A DNA stretch of 64,000 bases. It comes from Gemmatimonas sp. Its GTDB lineage: Bacteria > Gemmatimonadota > Gemmatimonadetes > Gemmatimonadales > Gemmatimonadaceae. The stretch is from assembly GCA_965279375.1 (NCBI GenBank), contig OZ257156.1:5184001-5248000 (forward strand), written 5' to 3'. A program made the position numbers and the translations under genes. Of this stretch, positions 36,501-46,044 are shown piece after piece. Numbering within the stretch: the stretch's first letter is position 1; every line of letters begins with the position of its first letter. Under the pieces are notes generated by a model. The model saw nothing but the letters and a program-made list of their open reading frames with translations. It had not been told where the DNA came from and ran no database searches.

Positions 36501-39079
36501 TGCGTCTCGTCCGTTCGGTCTGGCAGGTGCTGTGCTCATCGGCGGTCTGTTTGTCGCTCGCCGCTCCCGCTGCGGCGCAGCCGGCTGGCCCTCGTCCGCC
36601 GATGCCACCTCGCGTGGAGCCCACGCCGTTCAACGCGCTCGCTCCCGCCACCACGGACAGCAGCGGCCGCGCGGTGCGCGTGCAACTCGCGCCGGTCATC
36701 GATGGACGCGACGACGAAGCGGTGTGGCGATCGGCTCCGGCCATGACGCAGTTCCGGCAGTTCGATCCGGGCGAAGATCAGCCGACGGAGTTTCGCACGG
36801 AAGTCCGCGTGGCGTACGACGAAAAGAATCTCTACATCGCCGTGCGCGCCTTCGATCCGCATCCCGACAGCATCAGCAGCCTGCTCAGCCGCCGAGATGT
36901 GAAAACGGCGAGCGACCAGATCAAGATCATCATCGACGCCTACCACGATCGACGCACCGGCGTCGAAATGGCGATCAATCCCGCCGGCGTGAAGCGCGAT
37001 TTCTCCATCTACTCCGACGTCGTCGAAGATGCGACCTGGGATGGCGTCTGGGACGCAGCGGCCCGCGTGGACAGCCTGGGTTGGGTGGCCGAGTTTCGCG
37101 TTCCCTTCAGCCAACTGCGTTTCACGGCGCGCGATGCGCACGAATTCGGCTTTGGCGTCTGGCGCGACATCGCGCGCCGCAATCAGCGCGACGCCTGGCC
37201 GCGATATCGCATGTCCAAGCGCACGCTGATGTCGCAGCTGGGCACCATCTCGGGCATCGAACGCATAGCGCCACCGCGCCGTCTCGAAATGTTGCCATAC
37301 TCGGTCGCCAAGAGCACGCCCCTCACCGGCCCGACCGCGCACGGCAACACGTCGCAGCTCACCGGTGGGCTCGACGTGAAAGCAGGACTCGGCTCCAACA
37401 TCACGCTCGATGCCACGGTCAATCCGGACTTCGGGCAGGTCGAGGCCGATCCGGCCGTGCTCAATCTGTCGGCTTTCGAAATTCGCTTTGACGAGCGGCG
37501 TCCTTTCTTCCAGGAAGGCGCTGGGCTCTATCGCTGCGGCGGCCCGTGCGAAGGGATCTTCTACACGCGCCGCATCGGTCGGACGCCACAGCTCCGCGCC
37601 AACGCCGCCGATCCCGCGTTCACCACCATCACGGGCGCCGCGAAGATCACCGGCCGCTTCAGCAACGGCGTTGCCTTCGGCGTGGTCGATGCCACCACCG
37701 AGCGCGCGCGTGGCGTGAGTGCGCTGACCATCGAGCCGCGCACGAACTACTTCGTCGCTCGCGCGCTGCGTGAACTGCGCGGCGGTCGTACGCAGTTCGG
37801 CATGCAGCTCACCGACGTACGCCGGCAACTCGATGCCGCAACAGCGCCACTGCTCCGTCGCTCAGCGACCACGCTGCTGTTGCAGGGCTACACGCGCTTC
37901 GCCAAGGACAAGTGGGAATGGATGGGCTACTCTGCGGTCAATGATGTGCGAGGCAGTGCCGCCGCCATCGCCGCGACACAGCGCAGCAGCGTGCACTTCT
38001 GGCAGCGCCCCGACGACGAACGTGTGTACGACTCCACGCGCACCAGCATGGGCGGCGTGGTCGTGTCCACCGGCATCAAGCAGGTGGGTGGACGCGTGCG
38101 CTATGAGAACGTCGCGCGCTTTGCGGGTGCCGGTGTCGAGCTGAACGACCTGGGCTTCGTCACGCTCGTCAACGACATGTCGTTCAAGCAGGCGGTGGAC
38201 CTGCGACAGTTCAAGCCGAACCGCATTTTGCGGTCGTCGTTCTCCACCACGTCGTTCGAGACGCACTGGACGACTGGCGGCCTGTACGCGAGCCAGACCG
38301 CGGTGGTGCACACCAGTGGAAGCCTCGCCAACAACTGGGGCGGCGCGATCACCGCCACACTCAGCGATCTCGGTGGTACGCATTGCGTCAGCTGCGCACG
38401 CGGCGGGCCGGCGTTGCGTCAATCGGAGAAGTGGGGGATCCGTTTCGATCTCTCGGCGGATCCGCGGCCGAGTGTGGTGCCCAAGGCCGTGTTTCGTGTC
38501 GGCACGAGTGATGAGGGCAACTCGTGGTATCGCGGCGGGGAACTGGGCGTGGATGTGCGCATCGCGAGCCGTTTCTCCACTGGGGTGAACGCCAGCTACG
38601 ATCGTGTCATCAACGGCCAGCAGTGGGTGGGCAACTACGGCGCGCTACTGAGCGATACGACGCACTACACCTTTGCGCGTCTCGACCAGCACATTCTGGC
38701 ACTGACCGCGCGCGCCAACTGGACCGCCACGCCCACGCTGTCGTTTCAGCTCTACGCGCAGCCGTTCGTGTCTACAGGCGCGTATGCCGACTGGCGGGAA
38801 CTCGATCAGGCGCGGGCCGATCGCTTCGACGATCGCTTCCGCCCATTCCGCAGCGGTCTCGTGCCACCGGGCTTCAACGTCAAGCAGTTCAACTCCAACG
38901 CCGTCGTGCGCTGGGAATACCGACCCGCGAGTGCGCTGTTTCTCGTGTGGCAGCAGGGACGCGCCCCCAACACGCGCAACCCCGGCACCTTCGACGCCAC
39001 GCGCGACGTGGGCGATCTCTTCGGCAGCCGCCCGCTCAACACGTTGCTGGTCAAGTTCTCGTACTGGTTCAATCCGTAG
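36500..39079 (+). CDS. CBM9-like + DUF5916 outer-membrane protein
   Basis: PVIDGRDDE, TEVRVAYD, TVNPDFGQVEAD, DERRPFFQEG, LVKFSYW end. Confidence 0.82.
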   Translation: MRLVRSVWQVLCSSAVCLSLAAPAAAQPAGPRPPMPPRVEPTPFNALAPATTDSSGRAVRVQLAPVIDGRDDEAVWRSAPAMTQFRQFDPGEDQPTEFRTEVRVAYDEKNLYIAVRAFDPHPDSISSLLSRRDVKTASDQIKIIIDAYHDRRTGVEMAINPAGVKRDFSIYSDVVEDATWDGVWDAAARVDSLGWVAEFRVPFSQLRFTARDAHEFGFGVWRDIARRNQRDAWPRYRMSKRTLMSQLGTISGIERIAPPRRLEMLPYSVAKSTPLTGPTAHGNTSQLTGGLDVKAGLGSNITLDATVNPDFGQVEADPAVLNLSAFEIRFDERRPFFQEGAGLYRCGGPCEGIFYTRRIGRTPQLRANAADPAFTTITGAAKITGRFSNGVAFGVVDATTERARGVSALTIEPRTNYFVARALRELRGGRTQFGMQLTDVRRQLDAATAPLLRRSATTLLLQGYTRFAKDKWEWMGYSAVNDVRGSAAAIAATQRSSVHFWQRPDDERVYDSTRTSMGGVVVSTGIKQVGGRVRYENVARFAGAGVELNDLGFVTLVNDMSFKQAVDLRQFKPNRILRSSFSTTSFETHWTTGGLYASQTAVVHTSGSLANNWGGAITATLSDLGGTHCVSCARGGPALRQSEKWGIRFDLSADPRPSVVPKAVFRVGTSDEGNSWYRGGELGVDVRIASRFSTGVNASYDRVINGQQWVGNYGALLSDTTHYTFARLDQHILALTARANWTATPTLSFQLYAQPFVSTGAYADWRELDQARADRFDDRFRPFRSGLVPPGFNVKQFNSNAVVRWEYRPASALFLVWQQGRAPNTRNPGTFDATRDVGDLFGSRPLNTLLVKFSYWFNP

Positions 39080-39120
39080 CGGATCTCCCGATCCATACAC
39101 CAGCCGTCTCCACCCGCAGT

Positions 39121-39292
39121 ATCCGTGCGCGGTTTCCGTTCATCTCCGTTCGTATCCGTGGCCGAGCAGTTCATCCATCGTTTCCGCGCCAATCCCCTCG
39201 ATCGGTGCTCGGCGGGATGCAATGGCGGATAGGAACTGACGAACTGCTCGGCCACGGATAAGAGCCGATACGAACGGAGACTGCGCACGGAT
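39121..39292. repeat. nested inverted-repeat element (REPIN/MITE-like)
   Basis: Perfect 20-bp IR at 39153-39172/39241-39260, 10-bp outer IR at 39121-39130/39283-39292, and 14-bp IR at 39143-39156/39267-39280. Confidence 0.75.
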
Positions 39293-39450
39293 CAAGCCCG
39301 TGCGGGGACTTCCCGACGGCTTGTGCTTGGGGAAGGGTGGGCAAGTTAGGTCGCCCAAAACGTGACGAAACCGTCGTGTTTTGGAACCCGCCCCCTTCCC
39401 CCCCGGCGGTCCTCGCGGAAGATTTTTGCCGTCCCTTCAGGAGAACCGAA

Positions 39451-41760
39451 ATGCGCGTGACGACCGTCGGCGTGGTCGGCGCTGGTGCGATGGGGAGCGG
39501 CATCGCCGCCCTCGCCGCGTCTGCTGGCTGCCGCGTCGTGTTGCTCGATATCCCGGGCGACCCGGATCCCAAGTCGCCCAATCGTAGCGCCCCCGCCAAG
39601 AACGGCCTCGCCAAAGCGGCCAAGTCCAAGCCGGCCTCGTTCATGGAAGCCGCCGCCGTCGCTCGCGTGCGCACGGGCAACACCGAGGATCACCTCGGCC
39701 TGCTCGCCGACTGCGACTGGATTTGCGAAGCGATCATCGAACTCGCCAAACCCAAGCAGCAGCTGTTCGCGCACGTCGAAGCGCTGATGAAGCCCACCGC
39801 GATCATCTCGTCGAATACGTCGGGCATCCCGATGGCGACGTTGCTCGAAGGGCGCAGCGAGAAGTTCCGGCGTCGCTTTCTTGGCACGCACTTCTTCAAT
39901 CCGCCGCGCTACATGCACCTGCTCGAGATCATCCCCACGGATGACACCGACCCGGCAGTGATTGGTGCGATGCGTGAGTTCGCGGAGCGCACGCTCGGCA
40001 AGGGGATCGTGATCGCCAAGGACGTGCCCGGGTTCATCGCCAATCGCCTCGGCGTATACGGCATGGTGGGCACGATGCGCCGCATGATGGAGCACGGGCT
40101 CACCATCGACGAAGTGGATGGGTTAACCGGCGCTTACATCGGACGCGCGCGCAGTGCCACCATGCGCACTGCCGATCTCTCGGGGCTCGATGTGCTTGCG
40201 CACGTCACCAAGGGGATCGGTGCAGCAACCGGTGAAGACATGTCGCTCCCCGACTGGGTGCTCGCGATGGTCGGCGAAGGGAAGCTCGGCGACAAGAGCG
40301 GCGGCGGCTTCTACACCAAGACCAAAACCGGCACGCTGACCTACGACTGGAAGACCAAGGCCTACGTACCGCAGCAGCGTCTCGAGGGCGGTGACATCGG
40401 GCAAGCGATTCGCATGCCCATCGCACAGCGCTTGCCCGCGGCCAAGCAGACGCCGGGTGCACAGGGCGCGTTCCTGCGTGACCATCTCGTGGACGCCGCG
40501 CACTACGCGCTCACACTCGCGCCCACGCTCGCCTACGACATCGTCGCGATCGATCGCGCGATGGAGTGGGGCTACGGTTGGGAAGCAGGACCGTTTCAGG
40601 TGATGGATGCACTGGGCCTCGACTGGCTCGCGTCGGAGTTCGCATCGCGCGGCCTCAGCACGCCGCCGCTCCTCGAACGCGCACACGGCAGCTTCTATCG
40701 CGAAGGCGAGTACCTCACCTTCGACGGCGAGTACGAGCCGCTGCCCGCGATTCCGGGCCGCATCTCGCTCGTGGGTCTCACCAAGAGCGGCCGTGTGCTC
40801 GAGGACAACGGTCTCTCCCGCCTCATCGATCTGGGCGACGGCGTGGCCTGCTTCGAGTTCCGCTCCAAGATGAACAGCTTGGGCGAAGGCGTACTCACGG
40901 GCTTGGCCAGCGCGCTGCGTCGCGTGGAGAAGAGCGGCTACGCTGGCCTCGTGATCGGCAACGAAGACGCGCGCGCCTTCAGCGTGGGCGCAGATCTTTC
41001 GCAGGTGTCGTTCGCAATTGCCGCTGGCGCGTGGGACGATATCGAAGCTTCGTGCAAGGCGTTCCAGGACAGCGTGATGTCCATCCGTCGTGCGCCCTTC
41101 CCTGTTGTCGTTGCACCTGCCGGCATGACCCTCGGTGGCGGTGCGGAGTTCACCCTCCACGCCGATGCGGTGCAGGCGCACGCCGAGACGTACATGGGAC
41201 TCGTGGAAGCCGGTGTTGGTCTGCTGCCAGGTGGCGGCGGCACCAAGGAGCTGCTCATGCGCTTCACCGCCGAACTGCAGAACTACGAAGAGGTCGATCT
41301 CTTCGCCGCGGTCAAGCGCGCGTTCAAGATCATCGCCTTCGCGACCACCAGCACCAGCGCACATGAAGCGAGAGCGTTGGGCTATCTGCGCCAGAGTGAC
41401 CGCATCAGCATGAACCGCGATCACCAGATCGCCGACGCGAAGGCGCGCGTGCTCGATCTCGCGCCCGGCTATCTCCCGCCGATCGAACGCACCGTGCGTG
41501 CGCTCGGCCGCGAAGGACTCGGCAATCTCGAGTACGCGCTCTGGGCCGCGAAGGAAGCGGGCCAGGCGTCGGCGCACGATGTGCGCGTGGGGCGTGCCAT
41601 GGCCTACGTGCTGTGCGGCGGCGATGGCGCACCGCGCGACGTGACCGAACAGGATCTGTTGGACCTCGAGCGCGAGCAGTTCATGAGCCTCCTTGGCACC
41701 AAGGAGACGCAGGAGCGCATCGCGTACACTCTCAAGACCGGCAAGCCGCTGCGCAATTGA
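39451..41760 (+). CDS. fadN: 3-hydroxyacyl-CoA dehydrogenase/enoyl-CoA hydratase (FadN-like)
   Basis: GAGAMG, SNTSGIP, HFFNPPRY, PGFIANR, LGGGAE, GKPLRN end; AGGAG RBS. Confidence 0.88.
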   Translation: MRVTTVGVVGAGAMGSGIAALAASAGCRVVLLDIPGDPDPKSPNRSAPAKNGLAKAAKSKPASFMEAAAVARVRTGNTEDHLGLLADCDWICEAIIELAKPKQQLFAHVEALMKPTAIISSNTSGIPMATLLEGRSEKFRRRFLGTHFFNPPRYMHLLEIIPTDDTDPAVIGAMREFAERTLGKGIVIAKDVPGFIANRLGVYGMVGTMRRMMEHGLTIDEVDGLTGAYIGRARSATMRTADLSGLDVLAHVTKGIGAATGEDMSLPDWVLAMVGEGKLGDKSGGGFYTKTKTGTLTYDWKTKAYVPQQRLEGGDIGQAIRMPIAQRLPAAKQTPGAQGAFLRDHLVDAAHYALTLAPTLAYDIVAIDRAMEWGYGWEAGPFQVMDALGLDWLASEFASRGLSTPPLLERAHGSFYREGEYLTFDGEYEPLPAIPGRISLVGLTKSGRVLEDNGLSRLIDLGDGVACFEFRSKMNSLGEGVLTGLASALRRVEKSGYAGLVIGNEDARAFSVGADLSQVSFAIAAGAWDDIEASCKAFQDSVMSIRRAPFPVVVAPAGMTLGGGAEFTLHADAVQAHAETYMGLVEAGVGLLPGGGGTKELLMRFTAELQNYEEVDLFAAVKRAFKIIAFATTSTSAHEARALGYLRQSDRISMNRDHQIADAKARVLDLAPGYLPPIERTVRALGREGLGNLEYALWAAKEAGQASAHDVRVGRAMAYVLCGGDGAPRDVTEQDLLDLEREQFMSLLGTKETQERIAYTLKTGKPLRN

Positions 41761-41805
41761 GCAGGCTCGTTGCTTCGCTCACTTCGTACGCAGGAGCATT
41801 CGCAG

Positions 41806-42975
41806 ATGACTGATGTCGTGATCGTCAGCGCCGTGCGCAGCGCCGTCGCCCGTGGCAAGGCCGATGGCTCGCTGGCCGGTGTGCACCCGGTGGATCTCTC
41901 GTCCACCGTGATGAAGGCCGCGCTCGAGCGCGCCAAGTTGGACCCTGCACTCGTGGAAGACGTGCAGTGGGGCTGTGCCATGCCGGAAGCCTCGCAGGGA
42001 CTCAATCACGCGCGCTTGGCGTGGTTGCGCGGAGGGCTGCCAGTCGAAACATCGGCGGCCACCATCAACCGTTTCTGTTCCTCCGGTTTGCAAGCGGTCG
42101 CATACGCCGCGCAGGCCATCAAGAGCGGCATGGGCGATACCGTTCTCGCCGGCGGCACCGAGCTGATGTCGCAGGTGCCCATGTCGGGCTACAACGCGCG
42201 CCTCTCACCCGAGATCACCGAGAGCTACATCGGCATGGGCTTCACCGCCGAGCGTGTCGCCAAGCAGTGGGAGATCTCGCGCGAACAGCAGGACCAGTTC
42301 GCGTTCGACAGCCAGCAGAAGGCCGCACGTGCGATCGCAGCCGGTGTGTTTGTGCCGGAGATCGTGCCAGTGGCGGTCAAGAAGTATGCGTGGAAGGGCG
42401 CCAACAAGACGGTGACGGAACTGTCGTTCGACACCGATGAATGCCCGCGTGCTGAAACCACGCTGGAAGGGCTGGGCAAGCTGCGCCCGGCCTTCGTACC
42501 GACGGGATCGGTCACCGCGGGCAACGCGAGCCCCTACTCCGATGGCTCCGCCGCTGTACTCGTGATGAGCGCCGAGCGCGCCAAGGCCGAAGGCATCGCG
42601 CCACTCGCGCGCTTCGTGAGCTTTGCTACCGCGGGTGTGTCGCCAGACATCATGGGCGTCGGTCCCATCAAGGCCGTGCCCAAGGCACTCGCGCGCGCGG
42701 GACTCACGCTCAACGACATCAAGCTGATCGAGTTGAACGAAGCCTTCGCAGCGCAGGGGCTCGCCGTCATGAAGGATCTGGGCATGGACCCGGCCATCAC
42801 CAACGTCAATGGCGGTGCGATCGCGCTCGGCCATCCGCTCGGCGCCACCGGCGCAAAGCTCACGACGCAACTCGTGCATGAACTGCGTCGCCGCGGCGGC
42901 GGCTACGGCCTCGTGACGATGTGCATCGGCGGGGGCATGGGCGCGGCTGGTATCTTCGAGGTGTACGGAGCGTGA
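41806..42975 (+). CDS. fadA: acetyl-CoA C-acyltransferase (thiolase)
   Basis: INRFCSSG, ELNEAFA, GGAIALGHPLGATG, MCIGGGMG. Confidence 0.93.
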   Translation: MTDVVIVSAVRSAVARGKADGSLAGVHPVDLSSTVMKAALERAKLDPALVEDVQWGCAMPEASQGLNHARLAWLRGGLPVETSAATINRFCSSGLQAVAYAAQAIKSGMGDTVLAGGTELMSQVPMSGYNARLSPEITESYIGMGFTAERVAKQWEISREQQDQFAFDSQQKAARAIAAGVFVPEIVPVAVKKYAWKGANKTVTELSFDTDECPRAETTLEGLGKLRPAFVPTGSVTAGNASPYSDGSAAVLVMSAERAKAEGIAPLARFVSFATAGVSPDIMGVGPIKAVPKALARAGLTLNDIKLIELNEAFAAQGLAVMKDLGMDPAITNVNGGAIALGHPLGATGAKLTTQLVHELRRRGGGYGLVTMCIGGGMGAAGIFEVYGA

Positions 42976-43532
42976 GCGCGCCGTTGAAGAAGATTCAGGT
43001 GCAGGGAGTCCACCACATCACGCTGGTGGGCTCCACCAAGCAGAGCGCCATCGACTTCTGGCAGGGCGTGCTCGGCATGCCCTTCATCTTCGAGCAGCCC
43101 AACCTCGGCAAGCCGGACGAGAATCACATCTACTTCGATCCGGGCGACGGGCGGCTGTTGACCGTCTTCACGAACGAGTCGCGCACGGATGCAGCACGTC
43201 CGGCGCCACGCGAGATCGGCTGCGTGGAGCACATCGCGTTCAATGTGTCGCGCGCGACGTTTCTCTTGGCGCCCGAACGGCTGCGCGAACGCGGCATCGA
43301 GTTCATTCAGCGCGATCGCGGCTTCATGGACTCGATCTACCTGCAGGATCCCAACGGACTCAAAGTCGAACTCGCCTGCTACAAGTTCGAAACGCCCGAA
43401 GGCTTCCGCGACGCGGATGTCATGATCGCCGCGCATCGCCTGCGCGTGGAACGAGGTGACCACCACATCACCGAACATCATCTCGCAGACGCCATCGAAC
43501 AGCTCCTCGCGACACGAGATCGACTGACGTAG
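42972..43532 (+). CDS. VOC/glyoxalase family protein
   Basis: GVHHITL, HIYFD, EHIAF, SIYLQDPNGLKVEL; GTGA overlap with the thiolase. Confidence 0.88.
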   Translation: MSAPLKKIQVQGVHHITLVGSTKQSAIDFWQGVLGMPFIFEQPNLGKPDENHIYFDPGDGRLLTVFTNESRTDAARPAPREIGCVEHIAFNVSRATFLLAPERLRERGIEFIQRDRGFMDSIYLQDPNGLKVELACYKFETPEGFRDADVMIAAHRLRVERGDHHITEHHLADAIEQLLATRDRLT

Positions 43533-43564
43533 CGGACCACACCCGCGCGCGGTATGCTCTGGGA

Positions 43565-45349
43565 ATGAGACTCTCGTCCCCACGTTCATCGCTGTTGGCA
43601 TCCGCCGCCGCACTGCTTGCTGGAGTCGTCGCCTGCTCCGGTGCACCAGATCCGGCCCCCGGCCCGCCTCGCGCTGCGTCCAGCTCGGCCGCGGCCAGCG
43701 GCGCATCGCCGATCGATCGCGATCTGCTCGACGTCACCGTCCCTAAGCTGACGCAGCTGTACGCCGACAAGCGCTACACCGTCAAGCAAGTCATCGAGTG
43801 GCACCTCGCGCGCATCGATCGCTACAACGGCGTGTACGGTGCCATCGAAACGGTCCTCCGCGCCTCCGCACTCGCTGACGCCGAGCGGCTAGACGCATCC
43901 GACGCAACGGCAACACGCGGACCGCTGTGGGGCGTGCCTATCGTCATCAAGGCCAACACCAGCATCGCCGGCGAAATCACCACGGCGGGGTGGGCCGGCT
44001 TCACGCGCGCCGGCCACGAACTCATCGCGCCGATGGATGCCACGATCGTCGCCAAGTTCCGCGCGGCGGGAGCGATCATCGTCGGCATCGCCAACATGCC
44101 CGATCTCGCCAACAGCGACACCAATCGCAGCACGTCGTTCGGGCGCACGGGCAACGCGTACGACGTGCGCTTCTCGCCCGGCGGTTCATCCGGCGGCGTG
44201 GTCACCGCCGTGGCCGCGAACTTTGCGGTGCTGGGCAACGGGACTGATACGGGCAACTCCATTCGCATGCCCGCTGCGACGAGCGCGCTGGTGGGTGTAT
44301 TCCCCACGCGCGGCCTCGTGAGCATCGCCGGCATTGCACCGCTCGACTGGCTGCTCGACAACACAGGCCCCATTGCGCGCACCACCGAAGACGCGGCCAT
44401 CGCGCTCGATGTCATGGTCGGCGCCGATTCGCTCGACGCACGCACGCTCAGCGCCCCCGATAGCGCATTCCGCGTCTCGCACGCCAAGTCCATCGCCACG
44501 GCTTCGCTCAAGGGAAAACGCTTTGGCGTGCCGGCATTCATGATGGCGGGCAGCGGCATCCCGTTTCACGGCATTCCCTATGGCGTGCAGGAAGCCGTCG
44601 CCGACTCGCTCCGCACGTTGGCCAATCAACCGTTGCGCGCCGACACACGCGCCATGTTCATGAAGGCACTCGACGCACTGCGCGCCGCCGGTGCTGAGAT
44701 CGTGATGGACAACAGTGCACTCGGCACCGATTTCGCCAAGCTGTCGAGTCGCGTCTCCACGTACGCATACATGAAGGACGGCACCGATCAGTTCCTCGCG
44801 AAATTCGGACCGCCGGGTTACCACTCCGCTGCGGACTACCTCAAGTCGGTTGGATCGCCGCTCTTCACGTCATCGATTGGCACGGAAGACTTCTTCCGCA
44901 ACCTTGGCACGGTGCGTCTCGATCAACGCGTTCTCGCAACTGATCCGGACGCCGAGCGCATGTACCACGCGCCGCGACGTGCAATGCTCGATGCGTACGT
45001 GGCCACGCTGGATCGACTCAAGCTGGATGGGTTTGTGTATCCCGCGATTCAGATGCCCCCGCCAGACGAATCGATGCCGCAGGATGGGCGCTTGAGCGAA
45101 GGCCCGCACTCCGCCACGAGCTGGGTGAACATGATCGGTGTGCCCGCGGTCGTCGTCTCCGCTGGCTACTACGCCAGCGGACTGCCCTTTGGCTTGGAGT
45201 TCTCCGCGCGCCCGTGGGCCGATGCATCGCTGCTGGGCATCGCGCATGCATGGGAGCAGGCGACACCCAAGCGCCTGCCGCCCACACTCGTGGAATCGGG
45301 GTTGTTAAACGTCACGCCGGCACGAGAAGGACGCGTCGGCAAGCGCTGA
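43565..45349 (+). CDS. amidase signature family lipoprotein
   Basis: Lipobox VVAC; GPLWGVPIVIK, PGGSSGG, GTDTGNSIRMPA. Confidence 0.9.
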   Translation: MRLSSPRSSLLASAAALLAGVVACSGAPDPAPGPPRAASSSAAASGASPIDRDLLDVTVPKLTQLYADKRYTVKQVIEWHLARIDRYNGVYGAIETVLRASALADAERLDASDATATRGPLWGVPIVIKANTSIAGEITTAGWAGFTRAGHELIAPMDATIVAKFRAAGAIIVGIANMPDLANSDTNRSTSFGRTGNAYDVRFSPGGSSGGVVTAVAANFAVLGNGTDTGNSIRMPAATSALVGVFPTRGLVSIAGIAPLDWLLDNTGPIARTTEDAAIALDVMVGADSLDARTLSAPDSAFRVSHAKSIATASLKGKRFGVPAFMMAGSGIPFHGIPYGVQEAVADSLRTLANQPLRADTRAMFMKALDALRAAGAEIVMDNSALGTDFAKLSSRVSTYAYMKDGTDQFLAKFGPPGYHSAADYLKSVGSPLFTSSIGTEDFFRNLGTVRLDQRVLATDPDAERMYHAPRRAMLDAYVATLDRLKLDGFVYPAIQMPPPDESMPQDGRLSEGPHSATSWVNMIGVPAVVVSAGYYASGLPFGLEFSARPWADASLLGIAHAWEQATPKRLPPTLVESGLLNVTPAREGRVGKR

Positions 45350-45970
45350 TCGGCGTCGCCGCGCAGCGACGCCGATCCCGGCAAGACCGGCCATCGTCAG
45401 CAGCACCGATGCAGGCTCAGGCACCACCGTCGCGTTCGGACCAAGCTGATTGATCGCGAATTCGTCGCTCGCCGTCAGCACGACACGATCAACGTCGGAT
45501 CCGGATGTGAACGCGAGCACTTCCGCCTGGTTGAGGTTCGGCGCGAGTCCGCCGCCAACCAACTGCGAGAACGAGCCGACGAGTTGGCCGAGATAGTATG
45601 CGTCCAGCTGCACCGTACCTCCCAAGACGTTGTACCACGCCTGCGTTCCGAACGCGCGGATCGGGGAGGCAAAGTCGAGGGTCATGATGTTGTTCCCCGC
45701 TCCGAACAGCAAGAAGTCGCCGTCAGAGAATCCGCCTTCCAGGTCAACGCCGGAGACAACCGTCGGCCCCCACCAGTCCACGCCATTGGTGGTGGCAGTC
45801 ACGCCGCCCAGCGTCGTCGTCGGCGCCGCGCTGATGGAGCTCCACACGAGCCCGAACGCGTTGCTCGGACGGCTGTACTCCTGGAGGAACTGCGCATGTG
45901 CTGGCATGGCGGTCGCCAACAGTGCACCGAGCGCAACGACGGAACGACGAATGAACTGACGCATGGACAT
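45305..45970 (-). CDS. PEP-CTERM sorting domain protein
   Basis: Signal peptide (AHAQ); VPEPASVLLTMAGLAGIGVAARRRR. Start at 45970 or 45964. Confidence 0.9.
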   Translation of the reverse strand: MSMRQFIRRSVVALGALLATAMPAHAQFLQEYSRPSNAFGLVWSSISAAPTTTLGGVTATTNGVDWWGPTVVSGVDLEGGFSDGDFLLFGAGNNIMTLDFASPIRAFGTQAWYNVLGGTVQLDAYYLGQLVGSFSQLVGGGLAPNLNQAEVLAFTSGSDVDRVVLTASDEFAINQLGPNATVVPEPASVLLTMAGLAGIGVAARRRRSALADASFSCRRDV

Positions 45971-46044
45971 CCTCAGCAGGAACATGGACAAGGAGTGTGG
46001 TGCGACGTTGGCGGTCAATTGAGACAAGCGCGGCGCATGCGCAC

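Noticed and set aside
39121..39292. CRISPR array
   Set aside because: The repeats are inverted and irregular, with no repeat-spacer periodicity and no cas genes.
45305..45349. Convergent 3' overlaps (amidase/PEP-CTERM; also USP/yjjX at 55237-55264)
   Set aside because: Short tail-to-tail overlaps are common in GC-rich genomes; there is no sign of a frameshift or special function.
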